Shown here: piece by piece, positions 9,308 through 19,395 of the stretch
Layout of the letters: each line of letters opens with the position of its first letter
Position numbering within the stretch: position 1 is the first letter of the stretch
IMG/VR virus record: IMGVR_UViG_3300033120_001005
Span: 10,322-74,321 of that record
DNA: 64,000 nucleotides
Source of the DNA: a virus
Lineage: Duplodnaviria; Caudoviricetes
Strand: one strand, 5' to 3'
Made by a program: the position numbers and the translations under genes
Notes under the pieces: model-generated
Databases searched by the model: none
The model's input: the letters and a program-made list of their open reading frames with translations, nothing else
Told to the model about the DNA's origin: nothing

Positions 9308-11503
9308 TTATTTGTTTGGATTTTGATTATTTTCTTGATCATATTGTTTTACAACCATTTCTTTTTTGATTGGTGCATCAGCATACATTTGAGCAATTTG
9401 TGCATCCATTTGTTTTTTCATGCTTTCAATTTGTCCTAAAATTTCACCTTTCAATTTTTCTAATTCAAATGGAGATTGAACTTTAGCAGTTTCAATTTGT
9501 TGCTGCATTTGGTCATATGCTTGTTTTTGTTTTTTAGATTGTTCAATCAAAACATTTAAATCAGCATAAATTTCATTTATATCTTCATGTTTAATTACAA
9601 CTAATAACTGTTCAATTGTTGCTTGACCTGCATTAAATGCTTTATCCATCAACATCATTAGCATTTCTTTTTTACGCGCCTGAATAGTGCCATCTACAAA
9701 ATAAATGTCATAGTCTTCAGTTGGTAAAGTAGGTTTAATAGTGTAATACTGAAAACCATTTTCTCCTAATATGTGTTTTTGTTTTTCCCCCGGATATTGA
9801 TTTAATAATTTAAGTTTGGCAGCGGCTTTTTTAAACACCCTTCTTAGGGCTTCTCTATGAAATTGAAATGGTGGTTCTAATAATAAATCAGCTTGTGCTA
9901 TTGCAGTTTTCATTGTACCAACAGCAGTATCACCAGATACTTGAGCTTTTTTAAATTTATTTGTTCCTGTTAATGTATCAGCTAAAGTTTCAACATACAT
10001 CAATAGATTTAATAAATGTTGTGTACTACTTAAGCCTAAATCCATTGAGCGTACACCACCGGGCTTTTCAGTAATTAAAAGCTTTTTAGCTTTCATGTAA
10101 TAAAACACTTGTGAATAGCTTAAATTTTTAGGTTTAGCCTTTGCATCGTATTCAACAACATTACCCGGACTGGTAGCAATTTCAAGTTCTAATTTGAACA
10201 TTAACTCATTCCAAAGTTCTTGTAATGGAGATACATTTTGCATCATTCCATTTGGTTTTTTAAGTATTCGATTATACAAACCAACAATATAATCATTGCT
10301 AGGAATAGAAGGGTTATGGTAACTAATTGGCATGTTTTCGCATTGTTGAAAATTGCAAACTATATCATCAACCAAATATCCAGTGTACCAAGTAGGCACA
10401 TCAATTGTTTTTATTTCACCAACTTCTTTTTTCCCAATAACACCTTCTTCTCCTGGTTTTAAATATTTAACTATTTTTTTTTCAGGATTGTATTTATTTT
10501 CAATGATTTTAACCTTTTGTTTTTTAGTGGCCAACCAATTCATTTTAATAACGCGAATACCACTTTTTCCATAATTGTAAGCTGTCGTTGTGTCATTGGT
10601 ACTTGAATTATTTTCAATGGTGTTTTTGTACCTAGCTTTAATTTCTTGTAATTTTTTATCATCAGGTTTTATGTATTGCATAATGCCTGACAAAGTCATA
10701 AATCTTTCTTCACCAATAAACATCATATCTTCACCATAATCATCTTCACAATCCCAATCAACAATTGCATTGGTTGGTTTTACAACTCTTAATTTAATTT
10801 CATCACCATTTATTTCAACAATTTCATATGCAAAAAATCCTACTAAAAATTGAAACAATATGTTTTTACGGAAAGCTTCTGGCCATGCATGTTTATAATA
10901 GTTTACCTTTAATAAACGAGTCATGTTCAACTCTTCCATTTCTTTATACGATAATGTCAAATATTTTTCTTCATCATCCACTATTGGCATTCTGTTTTCA
11001 AGTTGTACTCCAGTACTATCTTCTAAAGATTTAACGTAAGAACCAATAAGTTTATTGGCCATTAAATTAGCTTTTATTTTAAGTTTTTTATCTATGGCAT
11101 CTGGAGAAACTGAAGCAACTGAAAGATCAATTTGTGTTTGTATAAATTGTCCGGTTATAATATCAAAGTTGTTTTTTAGCAATGGATAATTAATCAATCG
11201 CGCAGGTAATACCATTTCACTGTTTTCACCTTCTTTAGTTAAAAAATCAGTGTCACTACTTGAATAAGTTCCTTCATACAACAACAACATTTTTTCTATA
11301 AAAGTTAAAAATGTATGTTTACTTATACTATCATCACTAGCAAAAAAATTACTTGATGCATTTTTAGATTTACCATAACATTTGCGAATGCTAAACCTAG
11401 CCCACTTTTCTAAATGTACTTTGTTTCCTGTATATGGCACCTCATGAGCACTAAAATCTTTAGTAAATTCTTCAGCGTTATTTTGATTTGTTGTGTAATC
11501 CAT
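9308..11503 (-). CDS. portal protein
   Basis: 731 aa between terL and MCP; INYPLLKNNFDIITG motif; long helical C-terminus. Confidence 0.85.
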   Translation of the reverse strand: MDYTTNQNNAEEFTKDFSAHEVPYTGNKVHLEKWARFSIRKCYGKSKNASSNFFASDDSISKHTFLTFIEKMLLLYEGTYSSSDTDFLTKEGENSEMVLPARLINYPLLKNNFDIITGQFIQTQIDLSVASVSPDAIDKKLKIKANLMANKLIGSYVKSLEDSTGVQLENRMPIVDDEEKYLTLSYKEMEELNMTRLLKVNYYKHAWPEAFRKNILFQFLVGFFAYEIVEINGDEIKLRVVKPTNAIVDWDCEDDYGEDMMFIGEERFMTLSGIMQYIKPDDKKLQEIKARYKNTIENNSSTNDTTTAYNYGKSGIRVIKMNWLATKKQKVKIIENKYNPEKKIVKYLKPGEEGVIGKKEVGEIKTIDVPTWYTGYLVDDIVCNFQQCENMPISYHNPSIPSNDYIVGLYNRILKKPNGMMQNVSPLQELWNELMFKLELEIATSPGNVVEYDAKAKPKNLSYSQVFYYMKAKKLLITEKPGGVRSMDLGLSSTQHLLNLLMYVETLADTLTGTNKFKKAQVSGDTAVGTMKTAIAQADLLLEPPFQFHREALRRVFKKAAAKLKLLNQYPGEKQKHILGENGFQYYTIKPTLPTEDYDIYFVDGTIQARKKEMLMMLMDKAFNAGQATIEQLLVVIKHEDINEIYADLNVLIEQSKKQKQAYDQMQQQIETAKVQSPFELEKLKGEILGQIESMKKQMDAQIAQMYADAPIKKEMVVKQYDQENNQNPNK

Positions 11504-11515
11504 GTTTCAAATCTA

Positions 11516-13372
11516 TTAATTTTGTTGTTTAGTTACAACTACTATTCTTCCATCTACCATTTTAAAGAACGGTAAATCAGTTGATAAATCAACGTCAGGC
11601 TGATCAATAAAATCTATACCTTTAATTGCGTAGCGCTCCAATGCTTTTAGTCGTGCAATTCCAAGTGCCATTGCTCTATCTGTATTTACCGAACCAAAAA
11701 ATTTTAATTCATTAATTAATCCAAGGCTCCATAAATTTTCATAGTATTCATCAACATAAGAAGCTAGTGAACTTACAAGCAATGGTTTTGTTGCAACGTT
11801 AATACTTCTACCATATTTATTTGAAGCTTTACTTTCTGTATCTTTTACAGCATCATAGCTTTGTGGCCTTAAATCAAGTAAGTGTTCAGCTTTTTTAACT
11901 TCATAAAAACTTACTAATTCGGCTGATTGATTAGCTTCAAAATTTAATGTTGTACCGTAAAACAAAATTTGTAAAAGTGTTTGCTCACAAAACGTTTTAA
12001 TTTTTTCGGGCCTATCAAAATACTCTAAACAAATTTTATCACCATCATACATATGATTGCCGGAAGTAACTCTGTAAATATAATTGGCTCCACATGAACT
12101 TGATGTAATAGATTTCTCTTGTGTATAAGGGTCACAACCGGAAATATCATCATTGTTTCCATCTTCAGGCCAAAATCTAATTTTAGATTTACCATCAGTG
12201 TCAGGTCTAAATTCTACTAACTGTTTGCACCATCCACGCATATTATATATTTCTTTCCAATTTTTTACCATATGGAAATCACCAATTGTTAACACTGGTG
12301 GTTTTACGCGAATTAACTTTTCAGCTTCTTCAAGTAATTTTTGGTTAAACATACCAGAACCCAATGTCAAAAAGATGTGCTCATCTTTCATTGGATTGTT
12401 TTGATAAAAATCGTAAAGAGATTTTTTATTTTGTTTTTTCTTTAATGCAGCTTCTTTTTGGTTCCATGCAACGGTTGCTTCTTCAACTAATGAATATCCT
12501 GGAATATCATTTGGTTTTGGCCCATCTTTTTCACCTGTAACAAAAGGGTAATAACCTTTAACAGCGGGTATCATAAACCAATCAATGTTAAATTCTTCAG
12601 GGTTATTTACCATGTACATAAAATCGCGTGCACCTTTATCAACGGCACCACCAGTTCCCCCTAACAATGCAGTTCCAACTTGTTTAGAACCTTTCATCCA
12701 TGCATCTTTAGTGTCGTTAAAAGCTTGCTTTAAATTTTTGAATTTACCAATCTCTTCAAAGATAGAACGTCTAATTACTTTACCTTTGAAAACACCTGTA
12801 TTCATTGACATTAACTCAGAATACAAAATGTTTAAATTACCTTTTATTTCACCAATTTTGTTTTCTTTAACGTTGTCAGGTTCCTGCCAACCAAATTGAA
12901 GTAAACTTTTATTTTCTTCTAAAGTATTTAAACGGAAAAAAGGGTGTACTTGACCAAAACAATCTTCAATATTTTTACGAGAAGCGTTTAGTGTTTCATC
13001 ATCACCAACACCCCAAGTCATTTCAATACCTTTATGAAATAACAAATCGTAAATCACAAAAGCATCAATAGCAACATAAGTGTAACCTTTCCTTCTACCT
13101 TTTTTTACTCCAGTGTTTCTGCCAATGCTATCATTATATTCTACGCGCTCAATTAATTCATGTTGAAAATCAAGATACCATGGTCGCATCCAACCTCTAT
13201 CAATATCTTTGATTTTGCAAAATTTTAACATGAAATAATAACGGCCGGGCAAACCTTCAAAACCATTAATACAACGAAATATTTCTTCATCCCAATGGTC
13301 CCACCATTCGGGGCTTTCTTCAATTAAGCCCACGTCATTTATATCGTATATTAATTTATTGTAGTTTTTCAT
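11516..13372 (-). CDS. terL: terminase large subunit
   Basis: KGRRKGYTY Walker A-like motif, IFEEIGKF Walker B, GGTGG coupling motif, RNase H-like nuclease GCDPY...FEAN...DRAMA. Confidence 0.9.
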   Translation of the reverse strand: MKNYNKLIYDINDVGLIEESPEWWDHWDEEIFRCINGFEGLPGRYYFMLKFCKIKDIDRGWMRPWYLDFQHELIERVEYNDSIGRNTGVKKGRRKGYTYVAIDAFVIYDLLFHKGIEMTWGVGDDETLNASRKNIEDCFGQVHPFFRLNTLEENKSLLQFGWQEPDNVKENKIGEIKGNLNILYSELMSMNTGVFKGKVIRRSIFEEIGKFKNLKQAFNDTKDAWMKGSKQVGTALLGGTGGAVDKGARDFMYMVNNPEEFNIDWFMIPAVKGYYPFVTGEKDGPKPNDIPGYSLVEEATVAWNQKEAALKKKQNKKSLYDFYQNNPMKDEHIFLTLGSGMFNQKLLEEAEKLIRVKPPVLTIGDFHMVKNWKEIYNMRGWCKQLVEFRPDTDGKSKIRFWPEDGNNDDISGCDPYTQEKSITSSSCGANYIYRVTSGNHMYDGDKICLEYFDRPEKIKTFCEQTLLQILFYGTTLNFEANQSAELVSFYEVKKAEHLLDLRPQSYDAVKDTESKASNKYGRSINVATKPLLVSSLASYVDEYYENLWSLGLINELKFFGSVNTDRAMALGIARLKALERYAIKGIDFIDQPDVDLSTDLPFFKMVDGRIVVVTKQQN

Positions 13373-13394
13373 TAACTATTTGATAATCAACAGA

Positions 13395-13754
13395 CTATAC
13401 TATATTTGCAGTGTTTCTAAGTTTATAAATAAGAATATACAAATTTTCAAGCATTGTATCTATCTGATTTTGAATGTAAGACTGTATAAAAATGGTTCTA
13501 TTTGCTTCAATAAATTCGGCTAATTTTTCGGAGTATTCTAAAGCGCCAAATTCGGTAGTGACGTTTTCAAGTTGTTCAAACTCTAACAATCCTTCGCGGC
13601 CTTGATATGTTTCAACTAAATTATCAATAGCATCGTTCAATGCACTGTAAAAATCGCCTAATGGCTCGTGCTGCAAACTGGTTGTTTTCCAATGGAAAAA
13701 ACGGATTATTATTGTAGCTGAAATTAGCTGTTTTATAAATTCGGTTACGTTCAT
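13395..13754 (-). CDS. ferritin-like four-helix protein (DUF5856-like)
   Basis: HWKTTS..HEPLGDFY..L....D.LVETYQG and QNQIDTM..L....YKL patterns. Confidence 0.65.
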   Translation of the reverse strand: MNVTEFIKQLISATIIIRFFHWKTTSLQHEPLGDFYSALNDAIDNLVETYQGREGLLEFEQLENVTTEFGALEYSEKLAEFIEANRTIFIQSYIQNQIDTMLENLYILIYKLRNTANIV

Positions 13755-13768
13755 ATTTTTTATTTAAT

Positions 13769-14161
13769 TTATAATTTACTTAATTCTCCTGCATTATAAT
13801 CAACCTCTTCTTCAAAAATTAAATCATCAGGAATATCAGCATATGTTAAAGGTTCTGAATACTCTCTAATACTAAACCCTTTTTTACATTTTGACCTTGT
13901 TAATTTTCTCAGTTCAACTGTAGCTCTTACCCTATCTAAATGCATAGATAAACTAAAATAAATAATCAAACCTAATTGAGTATTATAAATATCTCCAACT
14001 TGTGGTTTTCTTTTTTTATTACGTTCTGCTAATTGTTCTTTTTGTTTATCAGTTAATGTTTCATTCCATTCAAATTCTTCACATTCTACACGTATAAAAA
14101 CAAAATGAGTGCAATTATTTTCAACGTTATTTTGTTTTAAAATTTTAAATTTTTGTTTCAT
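13769..14161 (-). CDS. hypothetical protein
   Basis: 130-aa ORF tiled within the late operon. Confidence 0.55.
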   Translation of the reverse strand: MKQKFKILKQNNVENNCTHFVFIRVECEEFEWNETLTDKQKEQLAERNKKRKPQVGDIYNTQLGLIIYFSLSMHLDRVRATVELRKLTRSKCKKGFSIREYSEPLTYADIPDDLIFEEEVDYNAGELSKL

Positions 14162-14162
14162 A

Positions 14163-14720
14163 TTATTCTACTGTTTTTAAGTTTCTAAATAAAGTACTTT
14201 CGTTTCGCATTTGCACAGCTCGTTCTTGGAATTTTTCGAATCCGCTTAGTACTACTTTAAAGTTTTTGCTAATTTTACCTCGTCCGTCAATTTTCATTTC
14301 TAACTCGTTCTTTGTCTTAGAAAAAGCCGCAATGTTTTTGTTAACAATATCGTATTTCTTTTGTTGCTGAACATCGTCACTTATCTCAAGCGCTGACAAC
14401 ATATTTGATAATGACAACAATTTACTGTTATACAAATCTAACATGTAAATATCATGGTCATAATCTATTGCACGATACATAAAACTTGCTGTTATATATC
14501 TCTCGTCCAACTTAAACCCTTGCCACTTTTCCCCTATCACACTTTTCATAACCCTTTCTTCTCGTTGCTCAACACTCATTCGCCTAAACATACTCTGATT
14601 ATCGTATATCAATACGACAGAACGAAATTCAGGTTCATTAAGAACCTTGAATTCCGGTATGCCTTTCCAGTCGTTTCCATCAATACGACCTTCTTCTGTC
14701 ATTCTGAATAACATTCCCAT
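14163..14720 (-). CDS. hypothetical protein (positional candidate for small terminase)
   Basis: 185 aa, helical, upstream of terL; function inferred from position only. Confidence 0.4.
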   Translation of the reverse strand: MGMLFRMTEEGRIDGNDWKGIPEFKVLNEPEFRSVVLIYDNQSMFRRMSVEQREERVMKSVIGEKWQGFKLDERYITASFMYRAIDYDHDIYMLDLYNSKLLSLSNMLSALEISDDVQQQKKYDIVNKNIAAFSKTKNELEMKIDGRGKISKNFKVVLSGFEKFQERAVQMRNESTLFRNLKTVE

Positions 14721-15838
14721 TAGTTGTATTCAATAAAAAATCTAACTTTTAAATTTCCACCAGCTGTACCTCTAGGAATAATATACAGCCAAAAGTATTG
14801 CGTAAACCATTTTTCGTAAATAGTGCCATCATAAGGGTCTAGTTCATTGCCAATAAATGATGAACCAAAATTAGAAGAAGCACCATAGGGTTGAATTTGG
14901 TCAAATAAATTAAAACTTACATGAGGTGCAAAATATGAACAATTAGCTTCAATAAATTTTGTACCAGGATCGCCAATATTAGCAGAAAATGCTCCAATTG
15001 ATGGAGTACCAGGTACTGTTTGCCATGTTGCATTATTTGATACTGAAAAATAAGGTTGAGTAATTGGTTCTACTACCGACCATGCATTTTCTATTCCAGT
15101 TGTAGTATTAATAGTAGAATAACTACCTCCTGAATTTATTCCTACACTAATTAGATTATTAAGAGTTAATATATTAGTATAAACTTTTACTTTAGTAATA
15201 CTATTCCACATTGTTGCTGGTTTAAACATAGATAAAAAACCACCAGTTACAGGTATATCTTTCATAATGTTAGGACTTAATACTCCACCTCCAGCACTTA
15301 TTAGTTGTGTACCTATATTAAAAAAAGAACTATTTACCATTGATATTACATTGCTGCCTCCTGGAGTTAATACTGTAATATCACCTGAGTCATATTGATT
15401 TGTTGCTGGTGGTGTCCATGTCCATGCTCCTGGTAGTGGATTTTCCCAACAATAAAATACATATGGTTTACCATCACTTGGTATAATTGCACTGCCATTT
15501 ATTGTTCCATTAATTGAGCCGCCTTCAACACTCGGATATACAACTATCGGAAACCCGCTATTATTTATTATTGTTGATGACGTTCCTTTCTTTGGTGGAT
15601 TCGGAAGTTTTATTGCATTCGAACTTTCACTCGCACTCGTTACAACATTTAATCCAGTTGACAAAAACGCCTGACAAGTACTCATTGTCGTACCACTCAA
15701 TATTGTATTCTCAACTATTTCTTCTACTCCTATTATCTGCAACAATGCCATTATTGTTGCTCGCAAGTCAGCTTTTGTTACTAACCCATCACCTTTTACT
15801 ATTTCTGGCGACATATTTAATTTGTCTATTGTTCTCAT
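14720..15838 (-). CDS. putative virion fibre/decoration protein
   Basis: G/S/T/N-rich beta-type composition; ATG 15838 preferred over GTG 15859, which overlaps a promoter element. Confidence 0.45.
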   Translation of the reverse strand: MRTIDKLNMSPEIVKGDGLVTKADLRATIMALLQIIGVEEIVENTILSGTTMSTCQAFLSTGLNVVTSASESSNAIKLPNPPKKGTSSTIINNSGFPIVVYPSVEGGSINGTINGSAIIPSDGKPYVFYCWENPLPGAWTWTPPATNQYDSGDITVLTPGGSNVISMVNSSFFNIGTQLISAGGGVLSPNIMKDIPVTGGFLSMFKPATMWNSITKVKVYTNILTLNNLISVGINSGGSYSTINTTTGIENAWSVVEPITQPYFSVSNNATWQTVPGTPSIGAFSANIGDPGTKFIEANCSYFAPHVSFNLFDQIQPYGASSNFGSSFIGNELDPYDGTIYEKWFTQYFWLYIIPRGTAGGNLKVRFFIEYN

Positions 15839-15858
15839 AGTTTTTTTTATTAATACCA

Positions 15859-15866
15859 CAAATATA
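15859..15866 (-). promoter_or_regulatory. Bacteroidota sigma70-type -7 element (TATATTTG) heading the late operon
   Basis: Exact TAnnTTTG match about 20 nt upstream of ATG 15838; no clear -33 TTTG. Confidence 0.5.
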
Positions 15867-16087
15867 TTTATTAGCCCCTAATTTTATAACTATATTTTTA
15901 TTGCCCCCTTATTTATTACTAATTTTATTTTTTTTTAAAAAAATACCGCGTGCCGTAATAACATCACCCACCCTGAGAAGATTTGCGTTGTTCCCCTTGC
16001 ACCCCCCGGTGTTTGGTTTGAAAACATCGGCCCCCCTTCGATAAATAAACGAGAGAAGAAAACAAAACAACTTAACAAAAAGAATAA

Positions 16088-16297
16088 ATGAAAACAGCAA
16101 CAAACAATGACAATAAACTATTGGATAGTTTATGTCAATCAGTAGGATTAATCCCTGAGTGGATTAAAAGTTTCAAACCTTTACACAATGAAACTAAAAA
16201 GAGTTATCAAGCAGAAATATTTGGCAGCAAGTATTTTATTAAGTTTGGTGAAGACAATGCAATTGTGTCAATGGTATTAATTAGTAAATCAAAGTAA
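16088..16297 (+). CDS. hypothetical early protein
   Basis: First ORF of the plus-strand block, A-rich leader. Confidence 0.55.
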   Translation: MKTATNNDNKLLDSLCQSVGLIPEWIKSFKPLHNETKKSYQAEIFGSKYFIKFGEDNAIVSMVLISKSK

Positions 16298-16328
16298 AAA
16301 GTAAATCAACAGTAAAATTATCAGAATT

Positions 16329-16673
16329 ATGAGAACAGACAAAACGTATCGTATTTTGTTTTATGTAAACAAGTACAATGTAAATGAAAACACTTGGTTG
16401 GCAGCAAACAGTTCAGAGCAAATCAACAGAATGATAACTGAAAGATTATCATTATTGCCTATTGGTACATGGTGGAAAGCAATTGTATTCAGCAATGGAT
16501 ATTTAATTGAAGAGAGATTATTGAAACAAGCTGGTGCAATTATGTATCGTCAAAACCCTCACACGTTAACGTTTGTAAATCCAAATCCAAACGGTTATCT
16601 TGTAAACAATGGAACATTTATATTAACTAAAACTAAGTTAGCAAAGGAGAATAGAAATGAAATTAGCAAATAA
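16329..16673 (+). CDS. hypothetical protein
   Basis: 114 aa, preceded by ATCAGAA motif. Confidence 0.6.
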   Translation: MRTDKTYRILFYVNKYNVNENTWLAANSSEQINRMITERLSLLPIGTWWKAIVFSNGYLIEERLLKQAGAIMYRQNPHTLTFVNPNPNGYLVNNGTFILTKTKLAKENRNEISK

Positions 16674-16842
16674 AATGATTAAGCTATTTATATTTGTATG
16701 TGCGTTGGCATTCATCCAACACATGGCACAAGAAGAAATGAAAGACGAAAAGAAACGCTCCGATTTCAGTAATTGCATTGACAATTCCTCACACACAGAC
16801 ACAGACTGCGATAGTTGTGCTCGTTTAATTTATGGAGAATAA
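16657..16842 (+). CDS. small membrane/secreted protein
   Basis: Hydrophobic N-terminus, Cys-rich C-terminus. Confidence 0.5.
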   Translation: MKLANKMIKLFIFVCALAFIQHMAQEEMKDEKKRSDFSNCIDNSSHTDTDCDSCARLIYGE

Positions 16843-17194
16843 TATTATGGCATTAAAGATTGTTGGTCACGTTGACCTAAAACCAGAGCTTCGCAAGCAA
16901 TGTATAAATTGTGGCGCCAGCGTAACAGAGTTTCACTCTGATTTTGATCTTGGAGATAAGGTGTTATGCACCTCAGAGAAATGCACCTCAGAGCGTAATA
17001 AATACGTAAGGTATTTAAAAGGTAATAATAAAGTAGTTGTAAGTATTGTTTCTCTCTTACTGTTATTCTCCCTAATGAGTTGTTCACCCTCAGTTGTCAT
17101 TGTAAACAAATCTTACAATTCTATTTTCAGAACTGACTCAGGTTATTACCTCACTCAGTTTGATAGTTCAGTTACATTTATTAAATCCAAATAA
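16832..17194 (+). CDS. hypothetical protein with CxxC and a hydrophobic segment
   Basis: CINC..C..C; VVVSIVSLLLLFSLMSC (lipobox-like). Confidence 0.45.
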   Translation: MENNIMALKIVGHVDLKPELRKQCINCGASVTEFHSDFDLGDKVLCTSEKCTSERNKYVRYLKGNNKVVVSIVSLLLLFSLMSCSPSVVIVNKSYNSIFRTDSGYYLTQFDSSVTFIKSK

Positions 17195-17205
17195 TCCCTC
17201 AGAGT

Positions 17206-17445
17206 ATGAAAACCAAAAATTCATTGAAGTACAGAATCGGAGTTCTTATCGGAACATTTTTCTTAATCCTTACAATTATTGCAATTTATTATTTGCCTTA
17301 TGACAAAAATCTAATATATGTAATAATTGCACTCCCTATTATTGGCATTTTGTGTATTTTATTTTTTCCTTTTCAAGAACCTCGTGAGTATTCTGAGCAT
17401 GATGACTCAGACGACAATTTAGGCCCATTTAGTAAATACCTATAA
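17206..17445 (+). CDS. small two-TM membrane protein
   Basis: Two hydrophobic helices. Confidence 0.55.
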   Translation: MKTKNSLKYRIGVLIGTFFLILTIIAIYYLPYDKNLIYVIIALPIIGILCILFFPFQEPREYSEHDDSDDNLGPFSKYL

Positions 17446-17882
17446 AATCATTCTTATCTTATTGATTTTCATTCAACGTATTTACTGAGGTACTATGTAT
17501 TACAAACAATTCTCATTATCAATCATTTAGTCAAATTCTCTCCGGAGTAGAACACTCAAAAATCTGAGATCTCCAAATCGCCTTACTTTACTATCATTTA
17601 CTATATTCACCCATTTATATTATTATATTGATTCCCAGTATTTTATAAAAAAAGTGCGTGACACATATATAATATAGGGGGAGGTGATTGGAGGGATTGG
17701 AGAGGGATAAAAGGTATATATGTAAGTTTAGATTTAGGAACTAACTACACAAAGATGTATATAAAGGATAATGAGGATAAAGAGAGCTGTGAGAGGCCCT
17801 CGAAATATCAGTGTATTTATAAGAACAAATAACTAATCAGAATAATTAACAGTACAACACAAATTAAATTAAGATCAGAATT

Positions 17883-18518
17883 ATGACAACAACAGAATTT
17901 AGAATGAGAGAGGTTGACGCCTCAGAAGTTAAAAACATCAAAGCCAAAATGATTAAGTTTGGTGGCCTTGACATGACAAGCAATGTGTTTCCTGACATGG
18001 AAATATCAAATGTTTGTCGTAAAGCAGGTGAGCTATTTGCTATTGACCAAAACTTTGTTAATGGAATACGCTATTTCTTTGACAATGGTTACAGAGTTGA
18101 CCTTGACTATAGACCTGAGTATGAAGATAGCTGGCCATATACTAGCAATGACTTTCGTGCTACAATTCACAAACGTGAAGTAAAAGTTATTGATGGTGTT
18201 CAAACTATGGTATGCACTCCATTTCCATTGAGAGTATATCCCGAAGGACCAGTATCGGCTTTCAAAGATTCATATGTTATCAAAATATCATTCAGATATA
18301 AAGATAACTATGAAAATGCAATGAGAGCTTTCTATCACGAAACTAAGTGGGGACTTATAGTAATGAAAATACCACGTAGTGAAAGAATCCCTAAGTCGGA
18401 ACTTTCTAATATAAATCCTAATACAGAATACGGAAAATTAAAACTAAAATCATTAGCTGAAAAGTTTAATCAGTCTTCCGTTTCTAAGGATATTAAACAG
18501 AAATATAACATACAATAG
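17883..18518 (+). CDS. hypothetical protein
   Basis: 211 aa, preceded by two ATCAGAA motifs. Confidence 0.65.
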   Translation: MTTTEFRMREVDASEVKNIKAKMIKFGGLDMTSNVFPDMEISNVCRKAGELFAIDQNFVNGIRYFFDNGYRVDLDYRPEYEDSWPYTSNDFRATIHKREVKVIDGVQTMVCTPFPLRVYPEGPVSAFKDSYVIKISFRYKDNYENAMRAFYHETKWGLIVMKIPRSERIPKSELSNINPNTEYGKLKLKSLAEKFNQSSVSKDIKQKYNIQ

Positions 18519-18532
18519 GGTTTGCCCTATTG
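18513..18532 (+). terminator. stem-loop (terminator-like)
   Basis: Perfect 8-bp CAATAGGG-TTTG-CCCTATTG over the stop codon; weak U-tract. Confidence 0.4.
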
Positions 18533-18589
18533 TATTGATTATCAGAATAACAAATTTAACAAAGTCTATAAGTTAAGACATAAAAAATC

Positions 18590-18904
18590 ATGAGTGACAA
18601 ATTGAATTTTGAAATAATTCCTAACAGTGGTTTTGCTAGCAATAAAAAGATTGCTGGCAAAAACCATAATGGCATAGTTTATACATACATTACTGTTGAA
18701 TCACTAAAGCCTGAGATTACAGATAAAATTACCAATGCTTTAGAGTATTTTTTAAATAAAACTATGGTAACTGATAGCCCTGAAGCATACATTGAGCATT
18801 TAGTAAGAACTGAAAAGTTGTATAATGAAACTGTTAAGGATATTAACACTTTGAAAAACAGAATAAAACAATTAGAGGAATTAACAAATGTCGGAAACTA
18901 TTAA
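18590..18904 (+). CDS. hypothetical protein
   Basis: 104 aa, coiled-coil C-terminus. Confidence 0.55.
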   Translation: MSDKLNFEIIPNSGFASNKKIAGKNHNGIVYTYITVESLKPEITDKITNALEYFLNKTMVTDSPEAYIEHLVRTEKLYNETVKDINTLKNRIKQLEELTNVGNY

Positions 18905-19082
18905 TACTAAAATTTATTTAGATAAACTAAATAAATACAAAAAGAGACTAACTGAATTAGAATTACAACATGTTGGTAAAGAATTAAACTTTACATATTG
19001 GGGTGGTTATTCAATGGGTTATTTAAAAGGACAAATATCAATACTAGAAAATATTTTAGATGATTTAAATATTGATTTTTAA
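18888..19082 (+). CDS. hypothetical protein
   Basis: 64 aa, tiled in operon. Confidence 0.5.
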   Translation: MSETINTKIYLDKLNKYKKRLTELELQHVGKELNFTYWGGYSMGYLKGQISILENILDDLNIDF

Positions 19083-19087
19083 ATATT

Positions 19088-19393
19088 ATGGAAACTACTA
19101 ATTTAAAAGTTGGTGACAGAATATCTGTACGTTTTGCAGATAATCACCCTTATGTATCATTAAGAGGTAAAAGTTTTGTTGGTATTATTGGAATGGTTAA
19201 TAATAATGATAAAGAGTATGGTGTTCATTTACCATATGGACCAGATTATGTCTCTTTCTCAGAAGCCAAACCCTTAGTTACTAAAGATGGTATGCCTGTT
19301 GAATGCAGAAAATGTAATTTTGTAGGTGACGTTGGAGATTTAGATTCTGACTTGTGTTGTCCTAATTGTGGAACTTTTGATGTAATAATATAA
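19088..19393 (+). CDS. SH3-like plus zinc-ribbon protein
   Basis: LKVGDRISV N-terminus; CRKC...CPNCG. Confidence 0.5.
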   Translation: METTNLKVGDRISVRFADNHPYVSLRGKSFVGIIGMVNNNDKEYGVHLPYGPDYVSFSEAKPLVTKDGMPVECRKCNFVGDVGDLDSDLCCPNCGTFDVII

Positions 19394-19395
19394 TT

